A stretch of DNA of 64,000 nucleotides from Eledone cirrhosa (GCA_964016885.1 OZ024743.1:247132001-247196000); one strand, 5' to 3'; counted from the first letter of the stretch, positions 14,060 to 28,959 are shown. Made by a program: numbers and translations. The notes: generated by a model not told the origin, from the letters alone.

Positions 14060-14195
14060 TACATATATAATCATGTGTATATATAATCATGTGTATATAT
14101 AATCATGTGTATATATAATCATATGTGCATATATAATCATGTGTATATATAATCATATGTGCATATATAATCATATGTGCATATATAATCATGTA
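14060..14195. repeat. 16-18-bp minisatellite
   Basis: atatataatcat(at)gtg(t/c) repeated about 7 times. Confidence 0.9.
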
Positions 14196-14257
14196 TACAA
14201 ACATACATACACTGGATTCAAATACAATATATAAAATGTGTGTGTGGGGAGTATATG

Positions 14258-14288
<31 letters not shown>

Positions 14289-14493
14289 ATATATATATAT
14301 ATATCACAATTTACACAAGGGTAGAATTGTGATTATTACTGAAAATAGGTATATATAAAAATATATATACAAAGACATATATACTCATATAGACACATCA
14401 TATATTTATGTGCGTGTATATCTATCTATCTATATATATATATAAATCATCACCGTTTTACGTGTATATATATATATATATATATATACATAC

Positions 14494-14656
14494 ATATAAA
14501 ATCATTGTTTTACGTCTGTTGGACGGGGCTTTTTTCGACCTTGCACTTGTGGTCATCTTTGTCATCTTCGCTGTGAGCTTCAACGATTTGAGATCAGATC
14601 TCACAACCAGTATAAGTTCAGTCACTCCAGTAAGTTACTTAAACTTGTTTTGTAAC
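14494..14656 (-). other. Candidate exon (163 nt), possibly 5'UTR plus MTKMTTSARSKKAPSNRRKTMILY
   Basis: Acceptor ttattttag, donor TAT|gtatgt; GC-richer island among microsatellites; in-frame upstream stop then AAG-ATG. Confidence 0.3.
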
Positions 14657-16229
14657 CTAAAATAAGATCTAATTTATACTGCTCAATATAAATACACAAC
14701 AAACAAGAAATGAAATAACATTAACTGCATAAATGACTAAACATTAGTTTATTATAACAAGTTGACTAGATTGTAATTCCTGCAAAATCTTTTGAGAATT
14801 AACCTTTTTTTTTGTTTACTATATTTCTAATGAAAGGCAGTACCTATGATTTTCAAATAACTTTGAAAATAATCAAGCATTTGGAGAAATTTAATGATAT
14901 AGCAACCATTCTCAAAATTATAATTGAAGGTTTTTAGATAAATATCAACACTTTAGAATAAAGTTTTGTATCATAGAACAAGAGATGAGTGGTTTCAGGT
15001 GGGTCAGTATCAAAAATGTTAAATCAATATTGAGTTTAACATTATAATCGTGCTTTGTTTTGTTTAATCCTGTTGATACCAAGCAGCCTCAAACTATCCC
15101 TTCCTCTACAATATCAAACCATCTTATTTTTTCGAGTTTATGTTTATCTAAAAATCTTCCAACATAATTATATGTAAAATCCATTATGTTATAGTTTAAA
15201 CACCAGCGGGGCTAGCCCCAACACCACCATGCCCTAGACCCAGAGCCCATCAGCCTCCCCCTTCTCCCTCCTATTATTTTGTGGCTCTAGAGTCCTTGCT
15301 TTTCCCTTCCTTTTTCGTTTTTAAATATTTGTAGTGATTTTCTAATTATTTCATAGTCATTCATTCATTTAGTTACTCATTTATCAAATTGTGTATATTT
15401 CTATGTATTCTCATGAGCTAGTTAAAAATCAATCTATAGATAGTCGGTAGTAAAGTATAATTTTGTAAATATTATTCACATTTTGTATCAACTATAAGCA
15501 TTATGCTTATTAAAAATTTGCTCTGTAAATAGAAAAAAAAACAAAAAAAATCCTAGTTCTTTTCAAACTTTTTTTGAAAATCATAGCCAGAGTCTATCAT
15601 TAAAAATATGGTAACAAAGGAGTTAAAGTATTTATAGGCCTTATTTCCAGATAATAGGTGAACTGTACTCAAAGATAGATATAATTACAGAGAGAGTCCG
15701 TAAAACCTAGTACTTGAGATTATGTTGATAAAACATGGTCTAACAACACAGAGAAGATTACTTGGAGACAGCTATTTCAAGTAAAAAGGAAAGAAACATA
15801 ACGAGGAAGTGGTATCATAAATATGTGACTTAGAATGTAATGGAAACAAACAAATTTTATTAGAAATTTCAAATTGTACTTTAAAAAGATTAAACTTTCT
15901 AGATTTTGCTTGGCTTGGTTACTAGGGAAATGAAAATAATAACTGGAACAAATATATATCATCATATCCTTGTAAAGAGATTGTGCTTTTTTGTGCAAAT
16001 ATTACACACACACACATACACACACACACACATATTTATTTATATATATGTGTGTGTGTATGTGTGTGTGTCTATTTATTTCTTCATGTGGCTAGTCAAG
16101 TCAAGTTTATAAAGAAATAAGTACACATATCTACATCAATGTTTACATTTTGAGAGTTCAGTTTTCATGATACAAAGTAAATTCAAGTAACTATATATTT
16201 TGGGGAGATTTGCATTTGAAATGACAGTA

Positions 16230-17312
16230 GCACACTCATTCTCATAGATGCCGAAAAGATAGAAGTGTGGAAATGCCATTAAGAGAGACTTGAATGAGGA
16301 AAATGCATGAGAGGAGAAGGGCCTACTCTAAGTAGATCCAACAGAGCGACTATTTGAATTAATAGCAGTCTGGTAGATAAGGTAATTAAAGGTATGAAGT
16401 CAGGCAAGACAGATAGTCCATTAAAGATAAATGCAGGGATGCTGAAAGTATCTTATATAGTAGGCTACATGTGTGCTACATAGGAAAAATTACAGAGGCT
16501 GAACCAGGACATCAAAGTTACTATCATAGCTTAACTGATTAGGGTTAGATGAGATGCAGATCGGCTTTGTGTTAGGAAATGGTACTACTAATGTCTCTTC
16601 CTTGTAAAACAGCTGCAGCCCTTAGCTAAAAGTAGGTCTCTCTACCAAGAAAGCTTTTGACAGGATACTCTGTAATTTGGTGAGCTCTTAGGGTAGATGA
16701 ATGGTCTGTGAGAACCATACAAGCCATGTACAAAGGTGCAGTCAGCAAGGTTAAATATAATAATGAATACTGTAGGTAGGAAAGAAAACAGGGCACTGGT
16801 CCCATCAAGGAAGTGGCCATGCTCAATTTGTGGAAAAGGAAAATTCCATACTGTGTACAAAATGTAAACAATGGGTACAAAAGAGATGTAGCAGGTTAAC
16901 AAAGAATGTACACTTTATATGCAGCTGATGCACAGGGCAATAGGATGTAAGAGCTCACATGAATCAGGCTCTGTCAAATGTTCAGATGGTTCCCTGGAAA
17001 TAAACAACAGCATCTATTACTTGAGTGACCTAATTAGTTGTAAAAATGGTTGTTCTGAATGTACAGTACTGATGGTGCCACAATAAAATACACAGTCTAC
17101 GCTATAATGTGGTAGTGCTGGTGCCACCATATTTTGCACCCGTACACGCTATAAAGTGGTAAGCATTAGGAAGGGTATCCAGCCATTGAAACTACGTCAA
17201 AATGAAAATGTATGAAATGTATGAGCAAGACGTTATCTAACTTGTCAAATATCAGAACAAGACAACTTGTCAAATCCATGCTGCCATGGGAAACAGACAT
17301 AAAACAATGAAG
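16230..17312 (+). mobile_element. Decayed, multiply deleted RTE with 3' end
   Basis: ALRVDEW.VR.IQAMYKGAVSKV and PSRKWPCSIC remnants; typical 3' terminus. Confidence 0.75.
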
Positions 17313-19649
17313 ATATATTTATATATATATATATATAAATACCAATATTGAAATGAAGCCAGCTAATTTACAAAGTTTTGCTGTTAGTGGCAACAACAGA
17401 GATTTACATTCACGGAATGCATTTCCTATTTTAGACATCGTACTACAATAAGTTCACTTTCCAGTCCTTGTAATTTCTCTAAAGTTGTACACAGATGTTG
17501 AATATTTATGTAATTATATTAAAGAAAAAAATTAAGATATCATAAACTACAGGATTTCATTTATGCAAACCCTATATCAAACTGCAGATTTCCCATCATC
17601 ATCATCATCATCATCATCCATTCTTCCACACTAGCATGGGTTAGACGGGATATATATATCCAGTAATCCTGATATATATAGCACACCAAAAATTAATATG
17701 TTCAATGCTACTGCCTTCATTATTGACAACACAGTCTCTAAAGTTATAAACAGTCAGAGATGTTACAGTTGTCATCTTGATACCAAACTGCCTGAAATCA
17801 CCTTTGGTTCTATGATACAGAATTGTTTATTTTGAAGTTATTATATTTATCTAAAAAATTTCCATCGTAATTCTATGTAAGAACCTTTGTTATGCTCCAA
17901 ACACCAGCTTAATAATGAAATTGTTAGTTATATTACTAAATTTCACCCCTACACAAAATTCTTGATTATTTTCAAAATTATTTGGAAATCCTAAACACTG
18001 TCTTTTATTAGAAACATAGGAACAAAAGCATTAAGATATATGTGGCAAAAAAATAGAATTTTAGAGCACCATCTGTTTGGAAAGATTCAAATAATATAAT
18101 GAACTAATTATCCCAACTTGGAATAAATAAATGCTATAGCCAATCAGGAAGTGACCACAAAATCTACTCAGCATGTAGTTTGGTAGTATGATTATGATTA
18201 GTTAACTTAAAATATGACCCTCAAATAAACACCATTAATAAATATGTCAGTTTTTTTGGTTTGTTTTTGTTTGTTTGCTTGTTTTTTTTTTGTTTTTTTA
18301 CAATTGAATTAAACAGCAATAAAGGCTGTAGATAGCTGCTGGTTGCAAATGGATAGAAATTTAGAAACCCAACAAATAGATAATGATGAAACATTGCAAG
18401 TTAGTATATAATTCCAATACAAAAATAATGTTACCAAAGAGTAGGGAAGAGGGAAATGAAGTGGAGGGATGATGGAGAATTTACATAAAAAAGCTTTTTT
18501 TTTTTTAGTAGTTGCTGAGTTTATATACTCACAACAAAAGACTCTTCATGAATATTTTTTCCTTCTTTTAAGATTTTCCAATGTACAAATGGCTTCTTTA
18601 AAGGTTTACATAATAATACATTCAATTGAGTTTTTAAAAAATATATTTACAAACTAAAAGGATTAAAAAAAAAGCACATGATGGTAAAGGACTTAAGAAC
18701 AGTTTTGCCAAGTCATAGGATTAACAATTTCCTCATTAGCAAAACCAAATGAATGATATATACCATGCAACACATAAGAAGTGAAGACAGGCTTTGAAGA
18801 TTTAAATTATGCCAAATACAGTATCTTGTGATAACTGCTAATTTTTGGAAAGTTCAGCAGATAGATTCTCTTAAAAAATTATATTGATTTTTAAAAAATG
18901 TAGTTGGGTAGGCTGAAAGGTATGGTCAGTAAAATTTATTTCAAAATTTAAGAAAATAATAATTTTTAATTTCAATGGTCCATACCAATCATTGTTGTTA
19001 GGCGTAACTTGAAATGTATGGGATAGATTAAAAGAAAAAAAAAATGTTCATTATATTCAGAAATAAAATCTCAGACAGGAAAAATACAGGAAAAAAAAAA
19101 TTCCACCCAATAAATGGTGAAAAGAAAAAGAAAGTAAAACGCCCCCTTTTGTTATTTAACTATTAACACCCTGTAATGATTTAGAAGAAAATATCTAAAA
19201 ACAGGTTTGTTAATTCAAATGTTTATAGTGTCTTTACTAGTAGACAGTTTACAAAAATTTGCAGTATTAGACTAAACTTTTAATGTGATGTAGTCATAGT
19301 GCTGTTTTGTACTTTTTAAGAATGTTTTGCTAATGGGGTTTAATCAAAATTCTAGTTGAAATTGCAACACAACCAAACATTTATTGCTTTTTTCCTGCAT
19401 GTCTGTCTGTATGTGTATATGTTGATATAGAATATTGGGGCCTAAATAACAGTAATTAAGTTGACAAAGAAGAATGGTTTTGTTCATTGTCAAAACATTT
19501 TACGATTTAAGAGAAATTACAATATAAACCTTTTGCTATTTATATATCAAAGAGGATATTATAATAATAATTTTTTTTTTAAATAACACTGCACATTCAG
19601 TAATGCAGTGACAGCACGCAATGAAATAAGACTAACGATGATAATAATT

Positions 19650-20632
19650 CTTTCTAACATTGGCATAAGACCAGCAATTTGAGGGAGGGGTGAGTCAATT
19701 ATATAGACCCCAGTTCTTAACTGGTGCTTTATTTTATCAACCCCAGAAAGATGAAAGGCAAAGCTAACATCAGTGGGATTTGAACTCAGAATGTAAAGAG
19801 TTGGAATAAATACTGCTAAGCATTTGTCTCATGCTTTAATGACTCTGCCAATCTACCACCCTTAATAATAATAATTGTTTCTACTTTTAGCACAAGGCTA
19901 GTAATTTGAAGGGGCGGGGAAAGTCAATTAAATCGACCCCAGTGCATTATTGGTGCTTATTTTATTGACCCCGTAAGGTTGAAAGGCAATGCTAACCTCA
20001 GCGAAATTTGAACTCGGAACATAAAGAACTGTAACTCTATGCTGCAAAACGTCTGACGCTCTACCGATACTGCCAATCCATAATTTCTTTAGTAATTATT
20101 TATTCATTCTATTAATAATAATATACCACTACACACTGTACTCGGTAATGTAGTGACAACACACAATGAAAATAACACTAATGATTATAATACTACTAAT
20201 AATAATAATTTCTAATTTAGGTACAAAGCCAGTAATTTTTGGACAAGAGGCAAGTTGATTAAATCAAACCCCAGTACTAAACTGGTACTTTGTTTTATTA
20301 ATCTCCAAGGGATGAAAGGCAAAGTTGACCTCAGCAGAATTTGAACTCAGAGTGTAAACAAAGTGTAAATACTGCAAGGTATTTTTGTCCAATGTCTTAA
20401 CGATCCTGGCAATCCATCACCCACAATAATTCTTCTAATTTAGGCACAAGGCAGCAATGTGTTGGGAAGGGAAGTCGATTATATCAACCTCAGTACTTTA
20501 CTGGCACTTTATTTTATCAACCTCAGAAGGATGAAAGGCGAAGCTGACTCTGGCAGGATTTGAGCTCAGAAGGTAAAGAGCCATAACTAAATGCCACAAA
20601 AAATTTCTGCCACCCCCACTCTTCACTGCCCA
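19650..20632 (-). mobile_element. Cluster of four head-to-tail copies of the same SINE family
   Basis: Four gaaaggcaaag..tttgaactc motifs, each with an (AAT)n tail. Further copies near 3405-3530, 5165-5318, 8484-8700, 24355-24492, 28480-28720, 44025-44270, 47095-47240, 62355-62500 and 63148-63265. Confidence 0.85.
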
Positions 20633-21169
20633 TAATAATAATAACAAATAATAACAGCAAACAATAACAACAATAATAACAGAGCTGATGAAAGAATCAC
20701 AAAAGACCCTTGGTCAATAGTTGTGACTCACTCCTGCAGTTGAAAAAAACAACTCAAAATCTGTATGCAATATGGAAAATAATAACAATAATAATAACAA
20801 TGAAAACCGCGTCAACTGAAGAAGACATCAGGTGATGTGAGAATTCAAATACCATTAGTATTATCTGTATTGTAAATAGAAGCTGGAAATTTGCTAACCA
20901 AAACTAAGTTCATAAGTAAGAAATTATTATACAAAAATTTGTTTTCTTGTTGAAGGCTAAATTTTGTTTATGAATTGCTTCCCTTACTACTGTTTATGTA
21001 TTAAGGGGAGATTACTCTATCAGTGCATTCAGTCGCCCACAGCCCCAAGAGGATTAAATACAAGCAATACCCCTTTCAATCAATTCAATATAAGGAATTT
21101 CTAGAAATTTAATTACATGATCAAATCCCTTCCACATCTACAGATCTATTAACTAACTTAATAGAAAAT

Positions 21170-21470
21170 GTCAGTTTTTTATGAACCTAGAGGTCCATCA
21201 AGCCAGAACTGGTGTTTATGCACCATTAAGTGACTGAGGATACAAGACAAAACTTTCCCCCATGACAAGACACCAGTTTGTTTCTTATTCTGGTTTCATG
21301 TGACAGAGTACAAGAGTTCACCCTGAGTAGGACACCAGCCTATCCTAAACTTAATCCCTAACTGCTGCTGGTATATTTTTCAGTTAAGTGGATTAGGCCA
21401 ATGTGAAATAAAGTGCCAAGCTGAAGGACAAAACATGCCACCTAATCTGGGAATTGAATCAAAACACTTT
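21170..21470 (-). mobile_element. Decayed tRNA-derived SINE, different family
   Basis: B-box-like gattcaattccc followed by gtcctt..gcactttatttcacattg. Confidence 0.5.
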
Positions 21471-21742
21471 TGGCCATACTTATTCACTAAAAAGAATTGC
21501 AAAACTAATGCAAATTATAATAGATAAGACAAAATAATGTTTGTAATCTACTTTGTTTCGTTATAATGAAAAAAACAATTAAAATATATTTGTTTGTCTT
21601 TATTAACCCTTTTGATACCAATCAAGCCAAAACTGGCTCTTGTTCTATGAAACAAAACCACTCATTTGAAGGGGTTCCTATTTAAATTTAAATATTCCCG
21701 CTTAATGTTATGTAAATCTTTAAAAATTCGTCATTAATTAAT

Positions 21743-22200
21743 TACCATATATACTCAAATATAAGCCAACCCCTATTCTATAACTGAGAAATGAGCAAAA
21801 ATCCAAGACCAGTGTATAAACTGAGGCAGCTAATCAACACATTATGTTTATAAAGCATGGTTTTGTAATTCTCATGAGTGAAGAATATAATTATGAAGTT
21901 TTGATATTTTGATATCTAAAATGTTTAAGTGTCATTTAGAGTATAATTTTTTGTTTCACAACTCCATTACGTAATGATTTTTTTACCAATTTTCGATTGT
22001 TTTGAAGGTAATATTCAATCAAAACACATAAAAAACAAGAAAAAGAAATTTCACTTCCAAAGTGCAATTGGTGTAATATTCACCTCCATAGCGAAAATAT
22101 TTTAGCACCTCATTTACGTAGAAAATTGAAGTTGGTTAAAATCAGCAAAATACTGACCTCGAATATAAGCTGATCCCCACCATTTTACCATTGATATTTT
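21743..22200. mobile_element. Probable pogo-like terminal fragment nested in a TTAA MITE
   Basis: taccatatatactcaaatataagcc start with a repeated cgaatataagc subterminal motif; MITE sequence resumes after it. Confidence 0.5.
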
Positions 22201-23016
22201 TGTAATTGAAACAGAATGTATTTCATTAGCAGTACAATCATGAAAGGCTAACAATTTTGATATCAAACTGCCTAAATTATCCTTTGTTCTGATAAAAAAA
22301 AAACTGTTTTAAAGTGTTTATATTTATCAAAAACCTTTCTACAATAATTTTATGTACGAATTTTTGTCAAGTTCCAAACACCAGGGTAATAATGTTAAAT
22401 CTCTTTATATATTTTGATTATTTTCAATATTATTTGAAAATTATAGGCAGTGTCTTTCATAAGAAATATAGTAACAAAAGGGTCAAGTAAAATGAATATA
22501 TCCTAACATGGTATGAATTCCTGTTCAGATTTTTAAAAATTAAACAACAAAAGAAACAGTTTGATTATATTTACCTATCTGTTAAAAATGAGTGGGGGAG
22601 GCAGGGGCTGTCAAAGGAAGATTCTATTCAAAACAAGTAAACTCTGGAAAATGATTGGTAATTTATAAGCAAAGGAAAAGATGTTTTAGTGGAATGATTT
22701 GTTAATTAACCCTTCTTTTTATACCAAACCAGCCAAAACTGGCTCAGGTTATTTGAAATAAAATCACTCGTTTTAAAAGGTTTCTATTTAAATTAAAATT
22801 TTCTAACTTAATTTTGTATTGGAACCATGTGTTAAGTTATTATTTAGTAATGAAACAATCCATATTAGTAAATCCCTCAAAATTCTTCATTAATTAATTG
22901 AAATAGAATGTATTTCATTCCAAATATGGTAACAAAAGACTTAATATAGAGTGCTTCCAATCTACTGTAAAACTCATTCTTTGACATACTCATTGAATCT
23001 TGTTTAACTATTTAAA

Positions 23017-23060
<44 letters not shown>

Positions 23061-26000
23061 TAGAATTGGTTCTCTGAAATAGCGATATATATATGAATGT
23101 ATATACAGTGTATTTCATCAGAGGATCTAATTTAGTAAACTTCATTAATTTTACATTTTCTTAATTGACCCTCTGATGTAATTAATAAATTATAATTAAT
23201 ACACACCACAAAAATAACAAAATTGAAATGTTAAAATATATAAAAAGATACTGGCTCATATATCTCCTCCAAAAAAACCTGCTTAAAAAGAAATGTAAAC
23301 ATATTTACCATTCAATGCTGGTTTACCCATCAATAAAAAATAAAAATCTAAATTCCCCATTAAATGAGATTCCTTATTATTGAAATAGCTACCATAGAAA
23401 ATGAATTTTTAGTAAATTAATATTTTATATTTGAATAAATCAACCTAGCAATAATGTGAATTTTAAAGCAAAATATTAAAAACAATAAAAATATAACTAT
23501 TAGGTCTACCCTAGATACATAACCTCATAACAGAACATACTCTGCCTGGGAATATTATATTTAATGACATTATTTTACCTTAGTCTCTCAGAATTAAGTA
23601 TTAATCAACAGTTTTAAAACTTTAGCAGAAAGATCTGCATAAGTTAATATGTCAAGACAAGATTAATTAACCACTCAGTTGGAAAAAAATGAGTTGCGAT
23701 GATATTGGCACCAAGTTGCATCAGCTTTTGCCTTTCTCTTGGACAACATTAATGTTATGGATAGGTGAAGACTTGCACATAAAGGTGACTGCTGGTCTTC
23801 CACTAAACACCTTGACTAAGCTTGTGTCATGGAGAGGCAAACCTGACCAGTGGTGACAAAAGTGGGAGTGGGCTTTCTATTGTAGATGTTTGTTGATATT
23901 TAAATAATCCAACAGTAACATTAAAAGATAAACAATCATCATCTTCACCATTTAACGTCCATTTTCCATGCTTGCATGGGTTAGACAAGTTGTCCACGTC
24001 ATGAGACAAGTCTGGACAGATTGGCTGCGCCGTACCTTGTCCAAAGGAACTGTAAATTTGGCCAGGATTTTTACAACTGCATGCCCTTCCTAAACCCAAC
24101 CATAATAATCAAAATAAGTTACTAATAAATCAATACTCTTCTGTGAGTTTCAAGATAATTTGTAAAAGATTATCTAGGCACTATGATTTAAATATATAAT
24201 CATCAATCGCTGTATGCAACCTCATCCTAACTTAAGATATGAAACAAATATAATTAAAAAGAATATACTGTGATTTAAATCAAAACAGGATTTCAATAAA
24301 TAATGATAATTATTATAGCTGTTATTGTTATTATTATTTTTAATAATAATAATAATGATTACTACTATAGGCACAAGGCCAACAATTTGAAGGGGAAGGG
24401 AAAGTCAATATAAATCGACCCCAGTGCATTACTGGTGCTTTATTTATTGACCTTGTAAGGATGAAAAGCAAAGCTAACCCCAACAAGATTTGTAATAATA
24501 ATACTTCAGAAATTTAAGTCTCTTTCTGGGCTGATAAACTACACAATGAAAAAACCCAGATTAAGGATATAAACCTTTACTAAGGAATTGTGAATAATAT
24601 AACCTTTATTCCATACATTACTTCAAATTTTTATTCAAATGTTTACACTATTTCCATGTGTGTGTGTTTGTCTGTGTGTGTATGAATATACACACTATAT
24701 ATATGTATCATTATCATTGTACATGTTTTTCATGCTAGTATGGGTTGGCACAGTCCCAAACTAGGCATTTCAGGGACAACGCCTTACTCAAAGCATAGTT
24801 TCTACAATTGGACACCCTTCCTAAGGCCAATCACATTACACATAATATATATAATATAATTACAACATGAAAGAGTCAATTTTAGCTAAATAAAAACACA
24901 CAAGAACTGTTAACTTTATTTTATATTTATCATTTATTTCCTATGGAGATGTGTCAGTGATCAAGTCACAGACTGTGTGATGTGAGGTTTGATACCAGGA
25001 AATAAATGATAAACATAAAGTTAACAGTCTTTGTGTGTTTTTGTAGAGCTAAAATTACTCTTCCATGTTTGTTTTAGTTTCAATGCAGTCTTAGATCAAG
25101 TCACTTGTCAGACAAGTATAACTTCAAAATAAATATAATAGTTATGTATTATACACACACACATATATTTATATCATCATCATTATATGTCCGCTTTTCT
25201 GTGCTTGTAGGGGTGGGATGGGTCCTCTTATATACACATACATACACAGAAATATACGTTCACAAATAAATATATACATATATATTTGTTTTGTTGTTAT
25301 GATTCACACCTGCATAGGTTTGGTCAGCCTCGTACGTGGTTGTATTTGAATGACTGTTTTAATGATAGTCATCAGTCTTCTATACATGTATAAGCATATA
25401 TATTTATATATATATATATTATATATATATATATACACAAACACACAATTATACATGTATGTAATGCACACACATACACACACACAAATTATATATAAAA
25501 ATATATATGTATGTATACATTTATGTGTCTGTGTGAGTGTGTATGCCATATAATGCATTATTTTCTATTAATTCTAACAAGCTACACAGTCAAATACACT
25601 GTGTTCTCAATGTTTGAATGTAACCTTATCTTTCACCAGACTTGATATCAAAGAAGCAAGGCCAATATTGCGTCTGTGAGTTTATGTTTGTATCTATGTT
25701 TATGTCTTGTAACTTAGCAGTTTGGCAAAAGCCAGATCGATAAAATAAATACCAGACTTGAAAAATTAAGTACTGGGATTGATATGATTGACTAGTGTAC
25801 TCGTGTACTCTAAGATGTGAGGGTGTGTTAGGAGGAAAATTTGGCTGCTATTTCTAGCTGACTGAGCAACCATGTTAAGGCTTCCTTGTTATTTTAATTA
25901 TGTAACATGTTGAAGTGTTTTATCAGTATATTTATATGTTGGCAGTTAGCCTCACTGAAGTATGAGGGGATGCTTGTGTGGGTGTTTAGCTATTCTAGCA

Positions 26001-26708
26001 CCTTAGCCTCAATATAACTCACAGCAATACTGTAAATGTCTTAAAACGTTTTCAGTATGTGTACATGTTTTCCAGTTTTTTCTCTGACCAATTTCTATTG
26101 ATTTGCTTTTTCGGAAATCTTATTTATTATATAAATAGTGTTTATATGTAACTAAAATTATACTTCTTGTCTTTTATATATATAGCTTTTGATAATATTA
26201 TATATTACCAACATCATTTGTTTATAATGTCTAAAGCACCAGGCTTAAACCCCAACCACAGTCATCAATAATACCATAGCTTTACTGGTGTATAATATAA
26301 AGATATTAGAAGCTAACCTAATTCATCTCTGGGGATAAATTATAAACATTATTAGACCTAATATAATAAATATGTTGCTTGAAAATAAACTGTATACCAA
26401 TTGAAATATTTGTAACACAAACATTATCTTATCAACAGGTGAAATATTACACTCATCAGTCAATATGTAAGAGTATCTGACTAACTATCATTCCATTAGC
26501 CTGCTAAAACTGGTTCTATGAAACAAAACCACTGATTTTAAAAGGTTTCTATGTAAAATAAAATCTTTCAACATAATTTTATATAAGAACCATATGTTAA
26601 GTTACTATCTCAGTTATGAAATAATTAATAATAATAAATGCCTCAAAATTCTTCATTAATTAATTGAGCATATTTCATTAAAAATAATCATGAAAGTACT
26701 AAGGAGGT

Positions 26709-26956
26709 GTCAACAAAGCAGCTATTGGGCAACTATAGACACTTGTGTGTAATAGATATATGTCAACAAAGTAGCTACTGAAAGGCTATATACAGATGTG
26801 TACATATTGAAGAGAGATGTCAAAGCAGCTATTGAAAGACAACATAAATACACACACACACGTGTGTGTGTATATAGAGGAGAGATGTCAACAAAGTAGC
26901 TATTGAAAGGCAATATATACACATGTGTGTATATATTCAACAAAGCAACTATTGAA

Positions 26957-26962
<6 letters not shown>
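26709..26962. repeat. Five degenerate 50-68-bp units with a conserved head, followed by a long (TA)n run
   Basis: Head gtcaacaaag(t/c)agcta(t/c)tgaaag. Confidence 0.8.
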
Positions 26963-27029
<67 letters not shown>

Positions 27030-28188
27030 TAAATGTGATGTAAAATGAAATATGAAGAAAAGGGTACTTAATACATCTAGTGCAATATAATGCGTACATA
27101 AATGATTTATATAAGTAACTTTCTGTTAAAAAATAACAGATATTGAAACAAAAAGAATAAAAACTCAGGATTAAGAGATACAAATATACTGATGAGTTTG
27201 ATAAAGATGTGAACCCTGATGAAAGAATAAAATAGTTAGTTTGCTCTGAGTGTGTGTGTCTGTGTATCAGCATCATCATACATCTACTGTTTCTTGGTGT
27301 ATGGGTCAGACAGGTCATTATAGACCAAGTTACTATTTTATTGAAGACCCCCCCCCCCCCCCGACCAGTCAGGAGACATCTCACTCACGTTCCAGTCTTG
27401 GCATGGTTTCCCCAACTTGATGCTCTTCTTAGCACCAACCTCTTTATATATGTGTGTGTGTGTACACTTACACGTGATGATGATATATATATGCACATAT
27501 TTACAGTAACACACACATAAACAGACTTAGCATGATTGCAAACTATCTTACAAGCATGTTAATAATTGATCATAAATTGTGTGTATGTGTGCATGCACAC
27601 ATGTATATGCATAGCTTTCCTGATTATGTATAAATGAAAAACAATTATGAGTTAGCATAAAATAACATACTTTTGATTTATACATAAAAAGGTGAAAATA
27701 AATGTGTCAAATATGAGAAAATGAAGTAGCTATATAAATATATCAATGTGTGTGTTTGTGTATATATGTGCTAGATTACCCTACTGAGATTGTAAATATG
27801 CATATATGAACACAATGAAAGTGAATGTATGTGTGTGATGAGCGTATGTGTAAATATGTAAAACTGTGTCTAAATGTATATGTAAATGAATTGGTTTGTG
27901 TGTAATTAAATTATTATCACTACATTATAAACAGTAAAGAGAACTATCTGACTTTAAATTACATTACTATTTTGACAAGAAAACTGGTTTTCATGTTAAT
28001 AGGAAGCAAGGCAGGTTAGAGAAAGAAGACAGAGATCTGTCAATGTTGACCATTTCCAAATACGGTGGCAGCAGTAGGATACTGATGACTGTAGTTGTTA
28101 TCATATTCTCTTCACAGTTAAAATATGTCCTGTATCACAATGAGTTGTTTATTGGCTGATAAAACAGGAGAGTTTAGCCCTGCTGTAC

Positions 28189-28319
28189 TCATTCCTGCTT
28201 ATTCTCAATCGAAAGATCGTTCAGAACACATAAATCAAAAATATTGCTTGTGGACTCCTCAAAAATGTGGTACAACCTTGAATATTTTTGGTTACTCTTG
28301 GAAAATTCATAGAACTCAT
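28189..28319 (-). CDS. LPCAT2: LPCAT terminal coding exon (131 nt): DEFYEFSKSNQKYSRLYHIFEESTSNIFDLCVLNDLSIENKQE*
   Basis: Strong polypyrimidine tract plus tgcag acceptor; phase 1 completes the EF loop (ITYDEF); TGA at 28191-28189. Confidence 0.88.
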
Positions 28320-28959
28320 CTGCAAATTGAAAAAAGAAAACAGAAATGGAGTATGAATTATTAATATTTATCAGGTGCTACTGATAATGAGAAATACAAT
28401 GTTAAGTTTGATATCAAAGTAAAAAGATTTGGTGTATGTGTGTGTATATTTACACGTGTGTGTGTGTGTGTGGGCATTGAACTAACAGTTGTTAGAACGT
28501 AGCAGTATCCATTCCAGCTTTCTGTGTTCTCAGTACAAATCCCGCCAAGGTTAATGTTACCTTTCATCCTTTCAAGGCCAATAAAAAAAGTACCATTCTC
28601 ATATTGAAGTCAATTCTTTCTCATTTTCTTTCTATCATTCTCTTTCCACCTCTGGAAGAAATCAACTGTGTTTATATATGAAGCAGCGTGAACTCCACCA
28701 GGTTACAGGAGTTACGGGTCCATACAATATATATATACACACATACTCAAACACGAAACAAAAAATACGAAACAAACACGAAAAACACGAAACAAAAAAT
28801 ACAATACCAAAGGTCAACACAATAAGAGTATTAATGTATAATGCTTTTAAGAAGTTAGAGAAGGCACTAGTCTTTTGTTGGAAGGTAGAGACAGCAAGAA
28901 GAAAAAGGAAGACAAATGAGAAAGAAAAAAAAGGAAAAAGAAGTTTTAGCAGTATGAAA

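Noticed and set aside
26722-27384. 220-aa ORF (and similar YI/HT-rich ORFs)
   Set aside because: Open only because of (TA)n/(CA)n microsatellites.
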